Shown here in pieces: positions 1-7,371 of a stretch of DNA of 35,707 bases (within the stretch, counting starts at the first letter, position 1; the number at the start of each line of letters is the position of its first letter). This DNA is from Candidatus Gottesmanbacteria bacterium. Lineage in GTDB: Bacteria > Patescibacteriota > Microgenomatia > UBA10105 > UBA927. Where the stretch lies: assembly GCA_963711735.1 (NCBI GenBank), contig CAVQFA010000005.1, positions 335,778 through 371,484 of the forward strand, read 5' to 3'. Both the position numbers and the translations under genes were made by a program. The notes under the pieces were generated by a model that had not been told where the DNA came from, did not search any database, and was given only the letters and a program-made list of their open reading frames with translations.

Positions 1-1
1 A

Positions 2-490
2 ATTGCCATTGGTGGTGTATCTGTTGGGGAGAGTAAAAAAGAAATGACAGATGTCATGGATTGGGTTATGCCGATACTTCCTGAAAACAAACCCAGACAC
101 CTTTTAGGTGTCGGAGAAATTGATGATATTTTTATGCTCATAGAGCATGGTGTGGATACATTTGATTGTGTCCAACCAACGAGACTTGCGCGGATGGGGC
201 ATGTATACACACAGTCAAAAGAGAATAGTACACACAATGTATTCGATATCACAAAGAGTACTTTTGCAGATGATCTGACACCGATTGATAAAAAATGTTC
301 ATGTTATACGTGTCAACATTTTTCCCGTGCGTATATTCATCACCTTTTTAAAGTTCGGGAGCTTCTGTCTTACCGCCTTACGACAATCCATAATATGCAT
401 TTTATTCATTCACTCGTACGCGAGATACGGGCATCTGTTGCGGATGGTACATTCCTTGATTGTAAAAAACGATGGCTTTACAATGATTAA
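2..490 (+). CDS. tgt: tRNA-guanine transglycosylase (queuine tRNA-ribosyltransferase), 5'-truncated by the window edge
   Basis: The frame is open from nt 2 (IAIGGVSVGESK). It has TGT motifs PRHLLGVG and DTFDCVQPTRLAR, plus Zn-binding CSCYTC...H (SRAYIHHL, TIHN). Confidence 0.95.
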   Translation: MAIGGVSVGESKKEMTDVMDWVMPILPENKPRHLLGVGEIDDIFMLIEHGVDTFDCVQPTRLARMGHVYTQSKENSTHNVFDITKSTFADDLTPIDKKCSCYTCQHFSRAYIHHLFKVRELLSYRLTTIHNMHFIHSLVREIRASVADGTFLDCKKRWLYND

Positions 491-519
491 AAGTATTGTG
501 ATAAAAGGAGGTGTTTTCT

Positions 520-666
520 ATGGGTAGCTTCGGAGGATATTATAAAGGTGATAAAAAAAAGCAAAAGAAATCCGCATTAGAAAAAAAAGCACAAAAAAAT
601 ATAAATAGCGGGTCATACAGTATGCCGGCAGTGGAAATTATAAAAAAGGGAAAGAAAGAATGGTAA
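520..666 (+). CDS. Small Lys-rich hypothetical protein, 48 aa (MGSFGGYYKGDKKKQKKSALEKKAQKNINSGSYSMPAVEIIKKGKKEW)
   Basis: Translated by hand and absent from the ORF track. A strong SD (AAAGGAGGTG, 504-513) lies 6 nt before ATG 520. The ORF fills the gap between tgt and the next gene. Confidence 0.75.
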   Translation: MGSFGGYYKGDKKKQKKSALEKKAQKNINSGSYSMPAVEIIKKGKKEW

Positions 667-1593
667 AACATGTGCGGTATACATCACGTATTGGTATTTT
701 TCAGCGCATACTGATCATAGTTATATTTATAACCGGAATATGCGCTGTCGCTTTTCGGTATCCGGAGTGCATTCGGGAGCAGTTGGGGCTATGTTCTGGC
801 CGTAGGATCAGATCCGATCCAGATACTCTGGCGGGATAAAGACTCAGGTTTATATACCGTTATACGGTTGGATATCCGTCTTGCATCCGGTCAGCCGGAT
901 GAAAAATACAGCTCGTATCCGCTTTCTTCGCTTTGGAAATTGAGTACACTCGGGAACAATAACGAAAAACTTTTTCCTGAATTTTTGTCACGCATACTTC
1001 ATATACCGCTCGGGGATTTTGTCGGTTATCGTGACGGAACACTGATACCGAAGGACCAGCTTCAGATCCGGTCTTTTCTTCCTTCACCGCTTTGCGTGCT
1101 TACACATACGTGTACATCAACGATTCCGTTTCTGACATACCTGTCTATAGTGAAGGATACGCTTCTTTTTCCGAATGATAAATTTCAGGTTATTTCTTTT
1201 ACGGGAAATAAAACGACAACACTCAGCGACGGATCGCGGGTGTATATTATTGATCAGCAGGCACTGGACCGTCAGCTTCAGGGTGTGTTTGAAATGCGTT
1301 CTCTGCGCCGTGAAACATCCGGCATTCATATTGTGAACGCCACCGGAATAAAAGGATACGCGACAAATAAAAGTCAGGAGATTACCTCTATCGGAGGTCA
1401 TGTACTTTCAGTGACTGGCGATACGGAACTTACGAAGCATTGTCTTCTGTATGGATCGAAAGAATCTCTCAGGACAAAAACATCCCGCATTTTACAATCT
1501 TTTTACTCGTGTACACCCATTATCGTATCGCGTACTACCGGCGTACAGGATCTGCAAAATGATATCCGGATTGTTTTCGGAAAAGGGGAATGA
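660..1593 (+). CDS. Membrane-anchored protein with C-terminal LytR_C-like domain; apparent frameshift near 750
   Basis: ATG 660 gives a basic N-terminus and a TM segment (ILIIVIFITGICAVAF). Near the T-run at 752-755 coding moves into the frame of the 868-1593 ORF. The C-terminus IHIVNATGIKGYA...DIRIVFGKG matches the LytR_C pattern. Confidence 0.65.
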
Positions 1594-1606
1594 TGTTATA
1601 TGGATG

Positions 1607-2392
1607 TCAATCAACTTTCAGATCTTCTTCACCTGTTTCGGATGTATCCGGTTTTTCTATATCAGGAGCCATTTCTTTTACAAGGTATCCCATGGAAAAC
1701 GTGTTTGACGTGAAAGACGGTTGATTCGCAAATTTTTTTCCTCTCGAAATTTCCCTAAGAAGAACTGTAACGGTATTTTTGCACACATTTTTTACTATGC
1801 ATGAATACGTATTGTTTCCTGCCATAAGTTTTATTAGACGGAAGGATATATCATCCGGAAGAGCAGCAAGATACCGGTTTGATTCATCCCGTATTTCTAT
1901 GGTGTGGTTTTTCGGTTTGAGAAACACTTCCTGTCCGCAATGTATGCATGAAAGTGTTTGATTTGGTGCTATGTTGATGCATTGTACAAGTTTAGTTTTT
2001 CCCGGATCTTCAAGAAAGTCCAGAGGAGAAACAGGATAAGGATTATTGTTTTGATCGTCAGGTGAAATTTTCTGTTTAAAAGCGGATTCCAGTTTGTTTA
2101 GATTTTTTTCGGCAATTTGATTATACGGATCCAATTTTTTGACCTTCAGAAAAGACAGGCGTGATTTTTCTGTTTGTCCGATACGCCAAAATGCGTACCC
2201 AAGGCGGTTCAATGCATCTATATTTGTTTTATCCTTTGCCAGGATCGATTCATTTATGGAGACTGCCTCTTTCCAATCGTTTGCAAGAGCGGCTGAGATT
2301 GCTTTAGCCTTTAAATCTTCAAAAAGAGCTGCGAATTCTGATGTGTCATCAGTAGAATGACGTGTTTGAGCAGTTTTGGAACGTCCGGTCAT
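1607..2392 (-). CDS. Tetratricopeptide-repeat protein
   Basis: TPR-like helices (NIDALNRLGYAFWRIGQTEKS...KKLDPYNQIA). The start is placed at ATG 2392 because the longer ORF would overlap yebC. Confidence 0.75.
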   Translation of the reverse strand: MTGRSKTAQTRHSTDDTSEFAALFEDLKAKAISAALANDWKEAVSINESILAKDKTNIDALNRLGYAFWRIGQTEKSRLSFLKVKKLDPYNQIAEKNLNKLESAFKQKISPDDQNNNPYPVSPLDFLEDPGKTKLVQCINIAPNQTLSCIHCGQEVFLKPKNHTIEIRDESNRYLAALPDDISFRLIKLMAGNNTYSCIVKNVCKNTVTVLLREISRGKKFANQPSFTSNTFSMGYLVKEMAPDIEKPDTSETGEEDLKVD

Positions 2393-2414
2393 GGGCAGAA
2401 GAGTACCGGGTTTC

Positions 2415-2443
2415 TTGTGAATTGTCAAGGGAGTAAGTACAAT
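2415..2443 (+). promoter_or_regulatory. sigma70-type promoter of yebC (TTGTGA-N17-TACAAT), probably leaderless
   Basis: -35 at 2415-2420, -10 at 2438-2443, ATG 6 nt downstream, no SD. Confidence 0.55.
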
Positions 2444-2449
2444 ATCCAC

Positions 2450-3175
2450 ATGTCCGGACACTCGAAATGGTCAAAAGTAAAACATCAAAAAGCTACGACT
2501 GATGTTGTTAAAGCTTCATTATTTACCCGCGCAAGCCGGGCAATAACTGTGGCAGTTCAAAAAGGCGGAGGTATCACTGATCCTGAAAGGAATTTTCATC
2601 TTCGTTTAGCAATTGATCAGGCGCATGAAGTGAATATGCCGAATGATAATATAGAGAGGGCTATCGCAAAATCCGTCGGAAAGGACGCATCGTCACTCAC
2701 GAATGCCCAGTATGAAGCATACGGTCCGGGTGGCACGGCACTCCTTATCGAAACGGCATCCGACAACAATAAGCGTACCGTATCAACAATAAAAAATATT
2801 TTGGACCGTAACGGGGGCAGGTTAGGTAGTCAGGGTTCTGTTTCATTTCTTTTTACGCAGTTCGGATGCATAACAGCGCCAAAGGGCATTAAGACGTATG
2901 ACGATTGGGTAGAAATCGCATTATCTGCAGGCGCCGATGACACAAGTGAAAGTGATGATTCATTCGAACTTTTCACAAAACCCCATGATTGTATGAAGAT
3001 TAAGGATTTATTGACCCGAAAGGGGATAGATATACTCAGTGCCCAGCTTATTATGAAACCAAAAGTGACAATTGTGATTAACGAGGATACAAAGAACAGA
3101 CTGGACAACCTGTTGTCGGTATTATCCGAATGTGAGGATGTTCAGGAAATATATACAAATACGGATTCCTTATGA
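2450..3175 (+). CDS. yebC: YebC/PmpR family protein
   Basis: Canonical N-terminus MSGHSKWSKVKHQK, plus YEAYGPGG, SDNNKRT and DVQEIYTN. The true start is ATG 2450. Confidence 0.95.
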   Translation: MSGHSKWSKVKHQKATTDVVKASLFTRASRAITVAVQKGGGITDPERNFHLRLAIDQAHEVNMPNDNIERAIAKSVGKDASSLTNAQYEAYGPGGTALLIETASDNNKRTVSTIKNILDRNGGRLGSQGSVSFLFTQFGCITAPKGIKTYDDWVEIALSAGADDTSESDDSFELFTKPHDCMKIKDLLTRKGIDILSAQLIMKPKVTIVINEDTKNRLDNLLSVLSECEDVQEIYTNTDSL

Positions 3176-4017
3176 TTTCATTTATCTTACGCATTATCCA
3201 CAGAATGAAAGCGCGGTATAAACGGTGGAACAAAAGAATCGTTATATCCAAAAGACAACAGTATGTAGCAATTACCATGCTTATGTCGGTTTTCCTAATT
3301 ATTACTCAGGTATTTTCGTCGGAATTCCGGTATTTTATGGTAGGAGTCATCGCGATTATTGCATACTTTCTCACCGCGTACGCACTTCGTGAAGATCTGC
3401 GGGGTATAGAATGGTTTACGCTACTTTCACTTCCTTCTTTGTTTACAGCCGCAATTTCTATTTTCTATTTTCTGCTGCCTGAGCGATGGCTCACACGCTT
3501 ACCGATTGTTATGTTGTATGCCGTCGGATTTTATGCTCTCCTGTTGACGGAAAATATATATAATGTTGCCGTGAATCGGACGATTGCACTTCTTCGGGCA
3601 GCACATACTGTGGGTTTTCTGTTAACACTTGTCACGTTTTTTCTGCTTCTTCAGACATTATTTTCATTACATACCTATCCGTTTATCACCGTCCCGGTTG
3701 TCTTTGTGCTTGCATTTATATTATCGCTGCAGTTTTCCTGGTCATTGATCCTGGAAAATACAATTGCGGAACGGGTATGGTTTTTATCGCTTATCAGTGC
3801 AATTGTTGTTGCACAGTGTACGTTTATTTTATCGTTTTGGCCTGTAAATACAACAATACAGTCACTCTTTATTACATCCCTGTACTACAGCGTGAGCGGT
3901 ATGTCCCAACAGTATCTTCAGGAACGTTTGTATAAAAAAACAATTCAGGAATTTTTTATTGTTACTGCAATTGTATTTTTTATTCTCATATACGTTACTA
4001 ATTGGCATGGTATGTGA
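3172..4017 (+). CDS. Polytopic integral membrane protein of unknown function (possibly DUF5656-like)
   Basis: About 9-10 hydrophobic segments. ATGA overlap with the yebC stop suggests co-translation. Confidence 0.75.
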   Translation: MISFILRIIHRMKARYKRWNKRIVISKRQQYVAITMLMSVFLIITQVFSSEFRYFMVGVIAIIAYFLTAYALREDLRGIEWFTLLSLPSLFTAAISIFYFLLPERWLTRLPIVMLYAVGFYALLLTENIYNVAVNRTIALLRAAHTVGFLLTLVTFFLLLQTLFSLHTYPFITVPVVFVLAFILSLQFSWSLILENTIAERVWFLSLISAIVVAQCTFILSFWPVNTTIQSLFITSLYYSVSGMSQQYLQERLYKKTIQEFFIVTAIVFFILIYVTNWHGM

Positions 4018-4165
4018 AGGGGAGAGGGGGAGAATGGTACGGTAATAGGTGATATAGTTTGATACATTTAAGTCCTAGATAGCCTATAGTATTTGTGGAT
4101 AAGTTTTCACGATAAATTGATAATTATTTCACAGCATAAGCAAACGGACATTCATACTGCTTAAT

Positions 4166-4767
4166 TAGCCTCAATATTGTCTATTTAGTGCGTCATATTG
4201 CTCTATATTTCGTTTAGTGCTCTGTCCATGAATTGTCACCGTGCTGTTTTTTCGGAAAGATAGCCTCAAATTACTTTGTTTAGCGCGTATGAAAGCGCTA
4301 TATTTATAATATATTACAGGCAAGACACGACAAGATAGAGAATATTACGCTCAAAAGTGTTCGTTTGGCGCATTGTTATGCTCTAAAATAGAACATATGA
4401 CGATCGGTATATTCGCTGATACAAATACGGTATAGTTTACCGGGAACAGAGTGTCAAATCAGCTTTAAATTGCATTGCATGGAGCGTCATTATGCTCTAT
4501 TTCCATAATAACTTTAAATAACAGGATGTAGAACGTAGCCTCAAAAACATTAAGTTAGATTATTAATACGCTCTAAATCATGTTTGCATAAACAGCATAC
4601 AATCCGGAATGTTCTGTAAATAGGTTAGAATCAGCTTCGAAAAACACCACGCGGCGCATCAGCAAGCTCTATATGTCAACATACTCTGCAGTTCTCCATA
4701 TACATATGCCGGAATATGTATGTTATTTAGCTTCGGAAACGGCACTGCAGAGCGTAATAATGCGACG
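4166..4767 (+). repeat. Array of seven degenerate, co-oriented 40-bp units (YAGCYTCRA-N10-ttRGnGCRT-N6-GCTCTA) with unique 36-74 bp spacers
   Basis: Units start at 4166, 4261, 4346, 4460, 4536, 4632 and 4728 and align without gaps. GCTCTA is at unit positions 35-40 in 5 of 7 (GCGCTA in a sixth). Positions 21-40 form an imperfect dyad. Confidence 0.85.
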
Positions 4768-5010
4768 TCTCAACACTATAGAGAAGTGTTCATAAAAAAC
4801 CCGAACGGGACTTCTATATCATTGTAATTCTCGCTATTTTCCTGTTTGACACACAGTATACCGAACCATACGGAAATATACGCGGCTGGAAATGAACGGA
4901 AGAGATAGTGCTTCCCTGCGGTTGTACGTACGCTTATGATATATACGTGTCGATATTGCATATTTTATATCCGGTTCCGTTTTAAAAGGAGGGCATATCA
5001 TTTCTCTTAC

Positions 5011-5038
5011 ACGTCGCAGAATAATACTTTTGCGACGT
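5011..5038. other. dif-like Xer recombination site, ACGTCGCAGAA-TAATAC-TTTTGCGACGT
   Basis: 28-bp 11-6-11 architecture with arms 10/11 inverted-complementary and an AT-rich core. The arm resembles the XerC arm of E. coli dif (GGTGCGCATAA). A Xer recombinase gene lies 1.3 kb away. Confidence 0.75.
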
Positions 5039-5373
5039 TAAGTAGCCTCAGAACGCTGAGAGGGCTCCCCTTATGGTTTTTAGGACTTTTTGATGATTTG
5101 TATTTTTTTATGATTCATTATCCTTTTCTCCTTTTTATACATTTTGTATAAATATCCTCATATTCCTCTATTTATATTTCCTGTATACGAAGTTTTTGAT
5201 TTTTCCCTGCGCGTTTTTAAAACACCTTACCATTACGTTTATTTTGCAGAAAATTATCGATAATATTGTTCTATCGCTTCAGATAAATCTATGGAGAGAA
5301 AAACTACATGACCAGTTAGTCCTCAAACAGAAAATGAGCCGTCTACGGGCAATACAGGAGCTTAAAACTGAGG

Positions 5374-6315
5374 CTATTTTGAAGGTATCCTTTCTTCGTA
5401 TACACCGGCATTTTTCAGGAGTTTTTTAGCTGCGTAATAATTCGTTAAGTGATCACCGTCCGGTTCAACAAGTATTCTTACATCGGATCTGTTTTTAAAA
5501 AATTTCAGCAATTGAATTGTTTCAGAATAATTCGGTAAAGCCTGACCGGATGTAAATACCGGATTTTCAAGTGTATTATGATAGTCCGTTCCGTTAAACG
5601 GCGGGACTAAAAATCCCATATGGATTAGTTGCGTAACAGGTGCTGCTTTTTCGGTAAATGTGAGGAGATTACGCCATACTTTTTGCCTGTCGTCGGATAT
5701 GATTTGGGCTGCCGTATGGCCAAAATCATTCGCAAGCGCTGTTTTTGAATCCAAAACTGCCTGAAGTACTGATTGACTATCGGGTTGATATATCGGGATT
5801 CTGTTTGCGGGTGTACGTGAAGCTTCATTATCGATTGTGTTGTACGGTGGTACGGTTTCTATAGTCAGAGCCACATATCGTGATGCTGCGTATTTTCCGA
5901 GCTCTGACAATGATTCAACAAGAACATGATTTGAAGCATTTGTATCTGCCGGTTTCGTTAATACCTGAAAAGACATATCAGTTAAATTCATACGCATATG
6001 CGCGCGCGATCCCGGATGGATATTCACATAATGCGATTTATTTATTGCAGCAATATCAATCGTTTGTTTTATACGGATTTTTGATTGTGTACGTATGTCA
6101 TTGTCCGGATAAGACAGGTTGACCATAGTGCCGTCAGGTATGGATCCCCAGAAATGCAGATTGGTTTCAATACCCAATCTATGTGTTTCTGCAAATATAT
6201 CCGCATACATCTCAGGCTTATCTGCGTTATACCAAATTTCGCAAAAAAACGGACGGACGCGTTTTAGGTTATCTATCGCTTTTTGATCCGGTCCTGCTTT
6301 CATTCCCAATATCAT
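5374..6315 (-). CDS. Xylose isomerase-like / AP-endonuclease-2 TIM-barrel protein
   Basis: VNIHPG, TIETVP, NDFGH, QLIH and terminal LVE metal-ligand pattern. Confidence 0.7.
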   Translation of the reverse strand: MILGMKAGPDQKAIDNLKRVRPFFCEIWYNADKPEMYADIFAETHRLGIETNLHFWGSIPDGTMVNLSYPDNDIRTQSKIRIKQTIDIAAINKSHYVNIHPGSRAHMRMNLTDMSFQVLTKPADTNASNHVLVESLSELGKYAASRYVALTIETVPPYNTIDNEASRTPANRIPIYQPDSQSVLQAVLDSKTALANDFGHTAAQIISDDRQKVWRNLLTFTEKAAPVTQLIHMGFLVPPFNGTDYHNTLENPVFTSGQALPNYSETIQLLKFFKNRSDVRILVEPDGDHLTNYYAAKKLLKNAGVYEERIPSK

Positions 6316-6343
6316 ATGTCATAAGTATATCAAATACCTTCTC

Positions 6344-6372
6344 TTGACAATCCTCTCCCCTCGTCGCACAAT
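6344..6372 (+). promoter_or_regulatory. Promoter of the Xer gene (TTGACA-N17-CACAAT) overlapped by a dif-like half-site TCGTCGCACAA (6361-6371)
   Basis: Perfect -35 at 6344-6349, -10 at 6367-6372, ATG at 6379. The half-site matches the 5011 arm at 9 of 11 positions. Confidence 0.6.
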
Positions 6373-6378
6373 TATATA

Positions 6379-7371
6379 ATGACACAGAATAAATCCCTCT
6401 CTGCACTTAGTATTGAATTTCTGGAATATTTGGAGATTGAAAAAAACGTTTCAAAACTTACAATCAGAAATTATGCTCATTATCTCAACCGTTTTCTTAC
6501 CTTTCTTTCAGGATTAGTCGTATCCCCTTCCGCAAAGACAGATGCACCTAAAAGTGAAAAATCTAAGCTTGATGCCGTCGGAATAAACGCACTCACCGGA
6601 GAGAATATCAGGGAATACAGGTTGTTCCTGTCGCGGTATGTTGATGAACACGGGATTAGCCTCAAACGTGTGACCCAGAACTATCATCTGATTGCAATAC
6701 GTTCGTTTCTGAAATATTTATTGAAACGGGATTATACTGTGATTGCTCCGGAGAAAATAGATCTTCCCAAAGCAGAATCACGTTCTTTAAAATTTTTAGA
6801 GCGTGAACAGGTTGAACGGTTGTTAAACATGCCGGAAATATCCAAAACTGACGGACTTCGTGACAAAGCAATTCTTGAAGTACTTTTTTCTACCGGACTT
6901 CGTGTATCTGAGCTCGTATCGTTGAATCGTGACCAGATCAATTTAGAGCGTCGTGAATTCGGTGTCATAGGTAAGGGCAGGCGCCCCCGTGTGGTATTCC
7001 TTTCTGAAACGGCAACGCGCTGGCTACGGCAATACCTTGCAAACCGTGATGACGCATCCCGGGCTGTATTTATCCGCTATTCAGGAAAAACACCCGATCC
7101 GACCGACACTTCCGGGAATGAGTTAAGGCTTACTGCCAGAAGCGTTCAGCGTTTAGTAGAGAAATATGTCAAAAAAGCGCGGTTGCCTCTGAAAATTACA
7201 CCGCACGGGTTACGCCACAGTTTTGCTACTGATCTTCTGACAAACGGAGCTGATTTACGTGCAATTCAGGAAATGCTCGGACATAAGAACGTTTCCACAA
7301 CGCAGATATATACACACATTACAAACCCACAACTCAAAGAAATCCATGATAAATTCCACAGACATGTCTAA
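6379..7371 (+). CDS. Tyrosine recombinase, XerC/XerD family
   Basis: SAM-like N-domain (EFLEYLEIEKNVSKLTIRNY). Catalytic motifs TGLRVSEL, GKG, HGLRHSFATDLL, LGH and TTQIYTH are all intact. Confidence 0.95.
   Translation: MTQNKSLSALSIEFLEYLEIEKNVSKLTIRNYAHYLNRFLTFLSGLVVSPSAKTDAPKSEKSKLDAVGINALTGENIREYRLFLSRYVDEHGISLKRVTQNYHLIAIRSFLKYLLKRDYTVIAPEKIDLPKAESRSLKFLEREQVERLLNMPEISKTDGLRDKAILEVLFSTGLRVSELVSLNRDQINLERREFGVIGKGRRPRVVFLSETATRWLRQYLANRDDASRAVFIRYSGKTPDPTDTSGNELRLTARSVQRLVEKYVKKARLPLKITPHGLRHSFATDLLTNGADLRAIQEMLGHKNVSTTQIYTHITNPQLKEIHDKFHRHV

Noticed and set aside
4094-4102. oriC, suggested by a perfect DnaA box (TGTGGATAA), another at 3194-3202, and nearby gyrBA
   Set aside because: Only one perfect box is in the intergenic region and no dnaA/dnaN is present. 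Gene orientation converges here, and a dif-like site is present. Not fully excluded without GC skew.
4166-4767. CRISPR array or TIGR-type guide array
   Set aside because: Units are too degenerate for CRISPR and spacer lengths vary two-fold. TIGR units are contiguous rather than separated by long spacers. No cas or Nop-domain gene is recognisable in the window.
4700-4790. Small inverted repeats ATACATAT-N6-ATATGTAT (4700-4721) and AACACT-N7-AGTGTT (4772-4790) as terminators
   Set aside because: AT-rich weak stems with no U-tract, not repeated in other spacers, and plausible by chance.
4776-5429. Short ORFs 4776-4961, 4936-5151 and 5196-5429
   Set aside because: No SD or recognisable motifs, low-complexity composition, and one overlaps the dif-like site.
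4166-7371. Integron (attC array plus integrase)
   Set aside because: Units lack RYYYAAC/GTTRRRY ends and long hairpins, there are no cassette ORFs, and the recombinase lacks the IntI-specific insertion.
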